The notes under the pieces were generated by a model, which saw nothing but the letters and a program-made list of their open reading frames with translations, ran no database searches and was not told where the DNA came from. A DNA stretch of 63,965 bases, filler included, from Malassezia furfur (Eukaryota), in the NCBI GenBank assembly GCA_052055015.1. It is 4 parts of 4 records of this genome, joined end to end, with 100 filler letters (N's around TTAATTAATTAA, not from the genome) between each part and the next. Parts side by side here need not be neighbours in the genome. Positions count along the whole stretch, not along the records: positions 33,520 to 50,067 come from JBQJIT010000245.1; positions 50,168 to 63,965 come from JBQJIT010000300.1; 2 more parts are not named here. One strand, given 5' to 3'. Below, in pieces: positions 43,926 to 53,541 of the stretch (positions within the stretch are counted from its first letter, which is position 1; every line of letters begins with the position of its first letter). Made by a program: the position numbers and the translations under genes.

Positions 43926-43987
43926 TTTTCCAACGTACCGATCGAAGTAGGAGGCACCCTGCTTACCTAACCCGCGAAGGTCTCACC

Positions 43988-46900
43988 ATGGACGAATGGC
44001 CGCAGCTGGCCGCCGGGCTCGTGGACGGCACGGTGCCGCCTTTGGTGGACATCCCGCCCGAGCTCCAGGTGCAGGACGAGCCGCAAGATACCTTGCCCTC
44101 GGCACCGCGTGCGACGATCTGGGCGAACCTGGCGCTGAGCGAACAGACTGCGCCACGCCCTCCGCCCACGTCGGGTGTCGGTGAGCGGCTCGTGCAGCAC
44201 GTTGCGGGCCGGTTCACGGACCGCGCAACACAGGCCCACATTCTGCAAGGGCTACGCGATGCCTTGGGACGCAGCGATGCCGAGCGCGCGGCCGAGGACC
44301 TGGCCGAGCTGCTGGGTCTCGACGAGCTTGAGCTCGTGACCAGCGTCATGAGTGACCGTGGCGCGGCCCTCGCCGCAGTGGACCGTGAGCTGGCGCAACG
44401 CGCCGCGGGCGTGGGCTCGAGCGCCGATCCACTTCAGCTTGCGCCGGCGACCGAAGAGGAGCAATACCCCAATGTGTTTGCGAGCGGCGAGCAGAACCGT
44501 GTTGTGACAGCAGGCGGTTCGCGCTTTGCGCTGCCGATGGGCACGACGCGTGTACATGAGTCGTACTACGAGGAGGTCACTGTGCCGCCCAGCAAGCCGC
44601 TGCCCTTTCGCGCGACGGAGCGCCTTGTGCCGCTGTCCGAAATGGACACGCTGTGCCAAGGCGCTTTTCGTTCGTACGAGAGCCTGAACCGGTTGCAGAG
44701 CGCCGTATACCCTGTCGCGTATCAGTCGAACGAGAACATGCTGGTGTGTGCACCGACGGGTGCAGGTAAAACGGACGTCGCGATGCTCTCGGTGCTGCGC
44801 TGCATTTCGCGCTACTCCACCGTGCAAGGCTCCAAAATCCATGTGGACCGCGACGCGTTCAAGATTGTGTACGTGGCGCCGATGAAGGCGCTCGTATCCG
44901 AGATTGTTGCCAAGTTCTCCAAGCGGCTGCAGTACCTTGGGATCCGTGTGCGCGAGCTGACGGGTGATATGCAGCTCACGCGCCGCGAGATTGCCGAGAC
45001 GCAGATGATCGTCACCACGCCCGAAAAGTGGGATGTGGTGACGCGCCGGCCGGTGGGCGATGGCGAGTTGGCACTGTCTGTGCGCCTGCTGATCATTGAC
45101 GAGGTGCATCTCCTGCACGAGGACCGTGGTGCGGTGATTGAGACGATTGTCGCACGGACGCAGCGCCTCGTCGAGTCGGCGCAGACCATGATCCGCATCG
45201 TGGGCCTGAGCGCGACGCTGCCCAACTACGTGGACGTGGCCGACTTCCTTGGCGTGAACCGGTGGCGCGGCCTGTTCTACTTTGGATCATCGTTCCGCCC
45301 CGTGCCGCTCGAGCAGCACTTTGTGGGCGTGCGCGGCAAAAATGGGTCGGCGCTCGCGCGTGGACATCTGGACCGTGTGGTGTACGAAAAGGTGCTGGCC
45401 TTGGCCGAGCAGCGGCATCCTGTGATGGTGTTTGTGCATACCCGTAAAGATACCGTCAAGACCGCACAGGCATTGCTCGAGCTCGGCAAGGAGGACGGCC
45501 TGAGTGGGCTGCTCACCGACGACCGCGAGGACACGCGCTTTGACCGCGACATGGCGGCGAGCCGCAACCGCGAGCTGCGCGAGCTGTACGACCACGGGAT
45601 CGGTATCCACCATGCGGGGATGCTGCGCAGTGACCGTGACCTCGCGGAGCGCACGTTTGCGGCCGGTGCGACGCGCGTGCTGTGCTGTACGGCGACGCTG
45701 GCGTGGGGTGTCAACCTGCCTGCGTACGCGGTCATTATCAAGGGCACCGACGTGTACAATGCCGAGGCGGGCAAGTTTGTCGACCTGGGCATCCTCGACG
45801 TGCTGCAGATTTTCGGTCGTGCAGGCCGTCCGCAGTACGAGGACGTGGGTGTGGGCTACATCTGCACAGCGGGTGAAAAAGTGCCGCACTACATCGAGGC
45901 GATCACCTCGTCGCACCCGATCGAGTCGCGCTTCCTGAGCGGCATCGTGGATGCGCTCAACGCCGAGGTCGCCCTCGGCTCCGTGTCGAGCGTTGCGGAC
46001 GGTGTGTCGTGGCTGGGCTTCACCTACCTGTACACGCGCCTGAACAAGGCGCCGCTCGTGTACGGCATCGACCTCGCCGACCTTGCCGCGGACCCGTCGC
46101 TGACGACGCGGCGCGAGCACTGGATCACGAACGCGGCGCGCATTTTGGTCGAGCACGAGATGGTGGTGATGGACGCCGGCGGGCGGCTGCACACGACGCC
46201 CGTGGGCCGCATCGCGTCGCGCTACTACCTGCACTACAAGACGGTCGGCATCTTCCAAGAGCGCCTGCGCAACAACCTGCGCGAGGCGGACGCGCTCGAC
46301 CTCATGAGCCGCGCGACCGACTTTTCGCAGATCGCCATGCGCGACAGCGAGGAGGCCGAACTCGACGCGCTCCTCGACCGCGTGCCGTGCGAGGTGCCGG
46401 GCGGCGCCAAGACGCAGCAGGGCAAGGTGAACATCCTGCTGCAGGCGCACATTTCGAACCTGTACGTGGACGACTTTGCGCTGGTGAGCGACATGCGGTA
46501 CATTGCCCAGAACGCCGGGCGCATCTTGCAGTCGCTCTTTGATCTCGCGCTCGACCGCGGGTACGCGACTGCGGCGTTTGCGTTCCTGAGCCTCGCCAAG
46601 GCCGTCGAGCACCGCATCTGGCCGTACGAGCACCCGCTCCGCCAGATGACCACGCTGCACCGCGACGTGCTGCACAAAGTGACGCAGTACGCCGACGAGC
46701 TCGAGGTCGCGCAGATCCGCGCGCTATCGCTGCCGGACCTGGCCGGCGTGCTGCACACCAACGAGCGCACCGCGGCCGCCGTGCACGACGCCGCGTCGCA
46801 ATTCCCGCAGCTCGACCTCGCGGTGCGCATCCGCCCGCGCCCGGATGGGCACGTGCGCCTCCTCATCGACGTCACGCAGGCGTTCGTGTGGAGCGAGCGC

Positions 46901-48955
46901 GTGCACGGCGCGTCGCTGCCGATCGTGGTGTACGTCGAGGACGGCGCGCAGCGCATCGCGCATGCCGAGACGATCACGCTGCGCCGGCGCACGCCGCCGG
47001 CGCTCGGCGCCGACCGCTCGCTCGAGGTCGACGTGCCGTGCGGCACACCGGCCGAGCGCCCCATAAGCCAGGCGACGTACACGGTCGCGTGGACGTCGGC
47101 GCACTGGCTCGGCGCCGAGGGCGCCGTCGTCGTATCGCTCGACGACGTGTGGCCGCCGCAGGCCGCGCCGCCGACGCCGGTGCTCGACTTGCCGCTGCTC
47201 GCGCTCGAGACGTGCCTTGCGCCCGGCATTGCCGCGGCGTACGCGCGGAGCGGCATCACGACGTTCAATGCGCTGCAGACGCAAGTGTTCCACACCCTCG
47301 CGCACGCCACGTCCAACGTGCTGCTGTGTGCGCCGATCGGTGCGGGAAAGCGCACCGTCGTGGCGGCCTCCGTGTGGAGAGAGCGCAAGGTGTGGGTGCT
47401 GGTGCCCGATGCGGCGAGCGTCGAGGCGGCCGCGGCGCCGCTGCGTGCGCACGCGCCGCGCGGGCGCACCGTGGGCGGCGCCGCATGCGACGTGTGGGTC
47501 ATGTCGCCTGCCGACGTGCCGGACGCGGCGGAGGACGCGCCGACGCTCGTGGTCGTGCTCGATGTGCACCGCATGGACGCCGCGTACGAGCTGGCGGTGA
47601 TGCGCGCGCTGCAGCACACCGCTGCCCGCGTCGTCGCGACATCCGCATGCCTCGCCACGGCGCCGAGCGTCGCGGCGTGGCTGCGCGTCGCCCCCGCACA
47701 CACCTACACCTTCCAGCCAGGCGATGCACCGTACCCCGCGACGCTCGAGGTAGCGACCGTCGACGTGGCGTACTCGGAGGCGATGGTGCGCGTGTTTGTC
47801 AAGCCCGCGTACGATCGGATCCAGGCCGCAAACTACGAGCCGACGCTCCTCGTCGTGTCGTCGCGCGCCCAGTGCATATCGGCGGCGCGCGAGTTGGTCG
47901 CGCGCCTCGCGACGGACGCGAGCGCGATGCAGCTCACCGACGGCGCCGGCCTGGCGGTGCGTGCGCGCGACGCGGAGCTCGGCCAGCTGCTGCGCCAGGG
48001 CGTCGCGGTGTGGCACACGTCGCTCGCGCCGTCCGACCGCGCGCTGGTCGAGGAGCTGTACGCTGCGCGCCTCGTGCGCTTTGTCGTGGTGCCGCGTGCC
48101 GCCGTGTACACGGTGCCGCTGCGTGCACACCTCGTGCTGGTGCTCGGCACGCAGTACTACGTGCCGACGGACGGCCGCGGCACGGTCGCCGAGTACCCCG
48201 TCGTCGACCTGCTGCAGATGCACGCGCTCGCGTCGCGCCCCGACGCGCCGAGCGGCGGGCAGTGCGTGGTGCTGTGCCAGCCGACGCGCGCGGCGGCCCT
48301 GGCGCGCCAGGTGCGGCAGCCGTACGTACTCGAGTCGGTGCTTGCAGAGAGCACGGCGCTCCTCGACGCCGTGTGCGGCAGCCTGGGCGACGAGCGGCGC
48401 ACGACGCGCGACGCGCTCGTCGCGTGGCTCGGCACGTCGCTGCTGTCGCACCGCATCGCGGCGAACCCGGTGTACTACGGCGTGGCGTGTGCGCAGCAGA
48501 CCGCGCCGCGTGCCGAGGTGGCTGCGGCGCTCTCGCGTGTGGTCGACGAGGTGCTGGCGCGCGCACAGCGCCTCGGCCTCGTGCGCACCGACGCGGCGAA
48601 GCTCGCGCTCACGCACCTCGGCACGGCGCCCGCGCGGTTTGCGAGCCTGGCGGCGCTCGCGGCGCACTGTAACACGCATGGCGCATTGCCCGATGCCGCG
48701 AGCACGCAGCTGCGCAGTGCGACCGCCGACGTGCCCACGGACCGCGACGCGGCGTGCACGGCACTGGCGGCGCACCTGCCGCGCGACACGCTGCAGGCAG
48801 TGGACGCCCCCGACGAGGCCAACCGGCTCGAGCGGCTGCTGGTCGCGAGCTGGCTGGCCGATGTGGCGCGCGGCGCCCCCGCGACGCTCGAGCGTGCCGG
48901 GTACGGTGCGCTGGCGCCGGCGCGCGCGCGTGTGCTGTGGCAGCTGCTGAAGTAG
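43988..48955 (+). CDS. SLH1: Ski2-like helicase Slh1/Rqt2 (ASCC3)
   Basis: LNRLQS, CAPTGAGKT, IIDEVHLL, GLSATLPN, HHAGM, TATLAWGVNLPA, QIFGRAGRPQ, then a Sec63 domain and a degenerate second cassette. Start placed at MDEWPQ because the upstream frame overlaps the snoRNAs. Confidence 0.9.
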   Translation: MDEWPQLAAGLVDGTVPPLVDIPPELQVQDEPQDTLPSAPRATIWANLALSEQTAPRPPPTSGVGERLVQHVAGRFTDRATQAHILQGLRDALGRSDAERAAEDLAELLGLDELELVTSVMSDRGAALAAVDRELAQRAAGVGSSADPLQLAPATEEEQYPNVFASGEQNRVVTAGGSRFALPMGTTRVHESYYEEVTVPPSKPLPFRATERLVPLSEMDTLCQGAFRSYESLNRLQSAVYPVAYQSNENMLVCAPTGAGKTDVAMLSVLRCISRYSTVQGSKIHVDRDAFKIVYVAPMKALVSEIVAKFSKRLQYLGIRVRELTGDMQLTRREIAETQMIVTTPEKWDVVTRRPVGDGELALSVRLLIIDEVHLLHEDRGAVIETIVARTQRLVESAQTMIRIVGLSATLPNYVDVADFLGVNRWRGLFYFGSSFRPVPLEQHFVGVRGKNGSALARGHLDRVVYEKVLALAEQRHPVMVFVHTRKDTVKTAQALLELGKEDGLSGLLTDDREDTRFDRDMAASRNRELRELYDHGIGIHHAGMLRSDRDLAERTFAAGATRVLCCTATLAWGVNLPAYAVIIKGTDVYNAEAGKFVDLGILDVLQIFGRAGRPQYEDVGVGYICTAGEKVPHYIEAITSSHPIESRFLSGIVDALNAEVALGSVSSVADGVSWLGFTYLYTRLNKAPLVYGIDLADLAADPSLTTRREHWITNAARILVEHEMVVMDAGGRLHTTPVGRIASRYYLHYKTVGIFQERLRNNLREADALDLMSRATDFSQIAMRDSEEAELDALLDRVPCEVPGGAKTQQGKVNILLQAHISNLYVDDFALVSDMRYIAQNAGRILQSLFDLALDRGYATAAFAFLSLAKAVEHRIWPYEHPLRQMTTLHRDVLHKVTQYADELEVAQIRALSLPDLAGVLHTNERTAAAVHDAASQFPQLDLAVRIRPRPDGHVRLLIDVTQAFVWSERVHGASLPIVVYVEDGAQRIAHAETITLRRRTPPALGADRSLEVDVPCGTPAERPISQATYTVAWTSAHWLGAEGAVVVSLDDVWPPQAAPPTPVLDLPLLALETCLAPGIAAAYARSGITTFNALQTQVFHTLAHATSNVLLCAPIGAGKRTVVAASVWRERKVWVLVPDAASVEAAAAPLRAHAPRGRTVGGAACDVWVMSPADVPDAAEDAPTLVVVLDVHRMDAAYELAVMRALQHTAARVVATSACLATAPSVAAWLRVAPAHTYTFQPGDAPYPATLEVATVDVAYSEAMVRVFVKPAYDRIQAANYEPTLLVVSSRAQCISAARELVARLATDASAMQLTDGAGLAVRARDAELGQLLRQGVAVWHTSLAPSDRALVEELYAARLVRFVVVPRAAVYTVPLRAHLVLVLGTQYYVPTDGRGTVAEYPVVDLLQMHALASRPDAPSGGQCVVLCQPTRAAALARQVRQPYVLESVLAESTALLDAVCGSLGDERRTTRDALVAWLGTSLLSHRIAANPVYYGVACAQQTAPRAEVAAALSRVVDEVLARAQRLGLVRTDAAKLALTHLGTAPARFASLAALAAHCNTHGALPDAASTQLRSATADVPTDRDAACTALAAHLPRDTLQAVDAPDEANRLERLLVASWLADVARGAPATLERAGYGALAPARARVLWQLLK

Positions 48956-48961
48956 TCTACG

Positions 48962-50012
48962 TTACAACACGGGCAGGTCGAGCACCTCGGCGACAAACAC
49001 GCGGAGCAGCTTGGCCCACGCATGCACCACCGCATAGTCCAGTGCCGATGCATCGTCGCTGAGCCGGTGCCACACGCTCGGGAACGGCAAGGGGATCAGG
49101 TGCAAAATCGGCACGCCCTCGGCGAGGAACGGCAGGTGGTCGTCGCCGATGCCCGACGGCCCGCGCCGCGGATCCAGCATCGGCATGCGCTTCTGGGTGT
49201 CGCCGCGCGGGTACAGCAGCTGCAGGGACGCAAGGCGCGCCTCGATGTCCTGCAGCCGCGTGTGCATCCACTTGGTATCTGGGAAATAGTAGGGCACGCG
49301 TGGATTCGGCGCGCCGAGCAAGTCGAGCAGCACAAAGTGCTCCATCTTTTGGATCGCGCGCATCGCACGCCCGCGCCCCGTCATGTGCCGCGCCAGCAGC
49401 GTCTGGTTCGGCACGACCCAGGTTTGTGCCAGCATCTGCGCGAGCTGCCGCGCACCGTACACCGAGTCGGTCGCCGTCCACACTTGGAAGGCTTCCTCGC
49501 CGTCGAAGAAGACGAGCTGCAGCGTCGTGTCGTTGCTGCCATCCGCGTGGGGGTGTGCGGCACGCCACTGCGCCTGCTGCGCGACGTGCGCGTCGAGCTG
49601 CGCATCGAGCGCCAGTGCGACGTCGACCAGCATCGCGCACGGGGCGGCGCTGTCGGTCGCGCCGACAAACGCCTCGAGCGGCCCGGGCGGGAAGTATTTG
49701 GAGTCGTAGTGTGCAGCGAGCACGAGGTGCCGCGATGCGTGCGGATCGCGCGTCGCGACAATGTTGGTCATCCGACGCACGCCCAGCGGCGTCTGGGCGT
49801 CAAAGGTCTGTGTCTCGATGTGCCACTTGCTTTGTCCATGTGCGTCCTTGGGCGCGGAAAGCGCCTCGATCAGCGCGTTGCGCACGCGCGTGCTGTTCTC
49901 TGTGCCGGCGACGCGCGGGATGAGGATGCGCGCGAGCAGCGAATCGGCGTTGCGATAGTCCAGGACCGGCGCGGGGTCCGGCGCGACGAGCGCCGCAACG
50001 GCCGCGTCGCTG
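48962..50012 (-). CDS. Glutaminyl-peptide cyclotransferase (M28), 5' end truncated
   Basis: LAAHYDSK, GATDSAAPC, FFDGEEAF, DSVYGAR, LLDLLG, DDHLPF, PFPSVWH. Confidence 0.93.
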
Positions 50013-50067
50013 AGCGGCGTCTGGGCGTCAAAGGTCTGTGTCTCGATGTGCCACTTGCTTTGTCCAT
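50013..50067. repeat. 55-nt exact direct duplication of 49785-49839 at the contig end (likely assembly artefact)
   Basis: agcggcgtctgggcgtcaaagg...tttgtccat occurs at both positions; the second copy abuts the N gap. Confidence 0.85.
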
Positions 50068-50167
50068 NNNNNNNNNNNNNNNNNNNNNNNNNNNNNNNNN
50101 NNNNNNNNNNNTTAATTAATTAANNNNNNNNNNNNNNNNNNNNNNNNNNNNNNNNNNNNNNNNNNNN
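50068..50167. other. Assembly spacer
   Basis: N run with TTAATTAATTAA. Confidence 0.99.
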
Positions 50168-51646
50168 CGGTGGCCTCCAGCTCGGCGGGCTCGACGCGCG
50201 CTGGAGCAGGCACGGGCTCCGACACGCGGCGCGCGCCCGCAGCGCTGACGGCCACGGGCTTGGTAGGCGTAGCTTTCGTAGGCGTGGCCTTGGTGGGCGT
50301 CGGCTTGGACGGCGTCGCGGCCGCTGAGGTGGGCAGTGGCGTGGACGGCGCCGAGTCGCGGGGCGTCTCGTGCGCGGCGGCGGCGGCCGTCGGCACCGCG
50401 CCGAGGCTTGCCGACACCGGCATCGTCGGCGTCGCGGACGGCGTCGTGCTCGGCGATGCAAACGTGTCGGTGGCCGAGCGCGGGAGCGTTGCTGAGCGCT
50501 CGGCGAGCTGGCGCTCGAGCAGCTTCTGCTGGTAGAGCATCTGCTCGCGGTACACCTGGCGCTTCTTCGCCTGCTGCTCGATCGCGGCGCGCTCCAGATC
50601 CTGCACCGAATAGCGGAAGAGGTCGCGGTACGGCGCAAGCCAGGGGTGGGCCATGACCTCGTCGAGCGTCGCGCGGTGCGCGGGGTCCGGGACGAGCATG
50701 CGGAGCAGGAGCGAGCGCGGCTCAGGCCCGATGTAGTCGGGGAACGTGAGCGGCGTCGCCATGATGTATTTGTACAGCAGGTTGATGTTGTCTCCGTCCG
50801 GGTTCGCGGGGTCGTCGTCAAACGGCAGGTAGCCGGCAAGCATGGCGTAGAGGATGACGCCACACGACCACACATCGACGGCCGCACCGACGTACATGCC
50901 GTCCTGCACGACGAGCTCCGGTGCCGCATAGCACGGCGAGCCGCAGCTCGTGGCCATCAGGTCGTTTTCGCGCGCGGAAAAGTTGTTGGCAAAGCCAAAG
51001 TCGGTGATGATCACATTGCGGTCGCGGTCGAGCAGCAGATTCTCGAGCTTGAGGTCGCGGTGGATGATCTTTTTGCGGTGCAGGTACGACACACCCGAGA
51101 TGAGCTGGGCAAAGAGGCGGCACGCGTCGCGCTCCTTGAGGCACTTGTGTGCCAGGATATAATCGAACAGCTCGCCGCCCGCGCCGTATTCGAGCACGAT
51201 GCCAATGTACCGCTCCGACTCGATGACTTCGTACAGATGCACAATATTGGGGTGGCGCAGCTCCTACATGGTCAGTGATGTGCACAACGTACATTTAGCA
51301 CCTGGATCTCGCGTTCGACCTTGCTGATCTTGGACGCCTCCGCGTCGTGTTCCTCGGCGGCGGCGACCTTTTCGCGCTTGATGAGCTTAATCGCCACCTC
51401 CTCGCCATACGCGCGGTGAACGCCGAGCTTGACTTTGCCGAACTCGCCCTCTCCAAGCGTCTGCAAAAGAAGATAGTCGCCAAAGTACACCTGCGGCCGA
51501 CGCGGGTGCGCGGCAAAGTAGCTCAGCGCCGTAGGCGACGTTACCGGCAGCTGCCCGGGCGCACCAGCCCGCGCAGCATCCAACGCCGTGTCCAGCGTAC
51601 CACCGACGGTATTTGCCGGCGCCACTATGGCCTCCGCCGTGGTCAT
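50168..51646 (-). CDS. KIN4: CAMKL Kin4-family Ser/Thr kinase, 3' end truncated by the gap
   Basis: LGEGEFGKVKLG, HRDLKLEN, DFGFAN, TSCGSPCYAAPE, PFDDDPANPDGDNINLLYKYI. Intron 51264-51292. Confidence 0.92.
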
Positions 51647-51851
51647 CCTGGAAGGAACAAGGAAGCCACGCCCGGGTGTGCTAAGGGTCACGGCGCTCCG
51701 CGCGCCCTCCCATTTGCGTCGCTGCGCGTTCCCCCTCGCGTGCAATTACCTAAGCCGTGCGCGCCCCGACGAATCCGTCGACGACGCATTCGCTTCCACG
51801 TGGATTTCCTTTTCAAAAAAAAAAAAGACAGCCCCGCCGAAAGAAGGCAGC

Positions 51852-53477
51852 ATGGCGGACGTGCGCGCATGCGTCCGGTGTCGCGCCGCGCCAGGAGTGG
51901 TGCACGTACGCGAGGCCGTGTACTGCGCAGAGTGTTACAAACGCGTCTTTGCGGAGAAGGCACGCGCGTCCTTTGAGCTTGTCCGCGGCGCCGTTCTGCT
52001 CCAGAGCGTCGTTGAGCCCCACACGCACCATACACGCGACGCGCCGCCGCCCGCGTTCGCGGTCGCGTTCAGCGGCGGCACAGCGTCCAGCGTGCTTTTG
52101 CATGCCGTCGCACAGTCGTTCCAGAGTCATGGGCAGCCATACGTCCCTGCGCGGGCGCCCGAGTTTGCTCGCATCGACGTGCTGTACGTCGATGACGGGC
52201 ACATGCCGCTCGACGCCGCACGCGCACGCGCCGCTGAGCTCGCGCCCAATGCACACTTTGTCCCCTTGTCTCTTGGCAGCGTGTTTGCGCCCGGGCAAGT
52301 CTCCTGCACACTCCTGCCGCGCGGCGGGCCGCGCTGGCTCGCGCCGACGGCTGCGGCATGCGACGACCCCGACGCGGCCCTGGCGGCGCTCCTGGGCGCC
52401 GTGTTTCCAGATACGACGCCGCGCACGGGCGTTGCAGCTGCGCGGACCCGTGCCGAGGATCTTAGCACTCTGTTTCTGCACCGCACGCTACTGGCCGCTG
52501 CGCAGGAGCGTGGGTGTGCGGCGCTATTGTACGGCGACGGCGCGGCACGCACCGCCGCGCGCCTTCTCGAGGGGCTCGCCAAGGGCGCAGGACACAAACT
52601 CCCGATTGAGACCGCCGCATCGCAGTGGTGGTGCGCGGAGCGTGACGTGTTGGTGGTGCATCCGCTGCGTGCGCACCTGCCCAACGAACTGGCCTATTAC
52701 GCGCGTGCACACGGCTTCGGCGAGCCAGAAGACGAACAAAAGGACTGGTCGTACGAGGCCAATGCAGATAAGAGCAGCATGGGGCGCCTCACGCAGTCGC
52801 TCATCGACTCGCTGCAGCACGGCGTGTCCAGCACGGTGAGCACGGTGGCCGGCACGGGTGCTAAGCTCGTGTACCAGCCGGAGCGCGTGTGGGCCACCGA
52901 GGGTGCGGCGGCCGAGGCGCACGATACATCGGCCGTGCCCCTGCGCCGGGCGGAGACGGTCCCTGATGCACGCGACGCGCCGGCGTTCCCCCGGATCGGT
53001 GCCAAGGGCGAGGGGCTCGTGCGGGCGGCGCTTGCGGCGGATCGCTACGATCCCCGCACCGAAACTCACGTGTGTCCGCTGTGCACGTACCCTGCGCAAC
53101 GCGGTGCAGCCGAATGGCGCGCGTCGCACTCGGTGACGACCTTGGAGGAGGTGCCTGCGTCGCCCACGGCCGATGCGCGACTGGATCTACGTGGTCGTCT
53201 GTGCTATAGCTGCATCCAGGTGCTCGATGTGCCCGAGCCCGCTGCGAACGCGCCGCAGCCGAGCGCGGTCGAAGTGGCATTGCCGCGGTACGTGCTGGAA
53301 GCGGCGGTGGCGCCGCGGGTGCGCGGCGCACGTGCGACGCGTACGGTCGAGGCCGATGCCGACGACGGGCCCGACCCTTCAACCGAGCCCCACGTCCCCG
53401 GCGGACGGACGTCGCATGCGCCTGTGCCTGTGTCACGCGAAGCAATGCGCGCGTCGGTCGCGTCGTACCTTTTGTAG
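51852..53477 (+). CDS. NCS2: Cytoplasmic tRNA 2-thiolation protein 2
   Basis: CVRC..YCAEC, AFSGG, AKGAG, HPLR, STVSTV..KL, CPLC..LCYSC. Confidence 0.87.
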   Translation: MADVRACVRCRAAPGVVHVREAVYCAECYKRVFAEKARASFELVRGAVLLQSVVEPHTHHTRDAPPPAFAVAFSGGTASSVLLHAVAQSFQSHGQPYVPARAPEFARIDVLYVDDGHMPLDAARARAAELAPNAHFVPLSLGSVFAPGQVSCTLLPRGGPRWLAPTAAACDDPDAALAALLGAVFPDTTPRTGVAAARTRAEDLSTLFLHRTLLAAAQERGCAALLYGDGAARTAARLLEGLAKGAGHKLPIETAASQWWCAERDVLVVHPLRAHLPNELAYYARAHGFGEPEDEQKDWSYEANADKSSMGRLTQSLIDSLQHGVSSTVSTVAGTGAKLVYQPERVWATEGAAAEAHDTSAVPLRRAETVPDARDAPAFPRIGAKGEGLVRAALAADRYDPRTETHVCPLCTYPAQRGAAEWRASHSVTTLEEVPASPTADARLDLRGRLCYSCIQVLDVPEPAANAPQPSAVEVALPRYVLEAAVAPRVRGARATRTVEADADDGPDPSTEPHVPGGRTSHAPVPVSREAMRASVASYLL

Positions 53478-53541
53478 GCGATACCCGAAACGATGTGGAG
53501 GCCGTTTTGCCGCGATCCCCCCACCACGTTCTCCCCCCACG

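Noticed and set aside
43832..43987. N-terminal extension of SLH1 (MDESQWIDRL..) and a 15-nt 18S rRNA-identical fragment
   Set aside because: Both are explained by the antisense C/D snoRNA guide. This is not an rRNA insertion and is probably not coding.
49785..50067. 55-nt direct repeat as a mobile-element end or real duplication
   Set aside because: The second copy terminates exactly at a contig end and interrupts the glutaminyl cyclase N-terminal region. A chimeric or mis-extended read is the most likely cause.
51814..51826. Poly(A) run in the KIN4/NCS2 spacer, and a (TG)n run in intron 8622-8647
   Set aside because: Ordinary short homopolymer and microsatellite.
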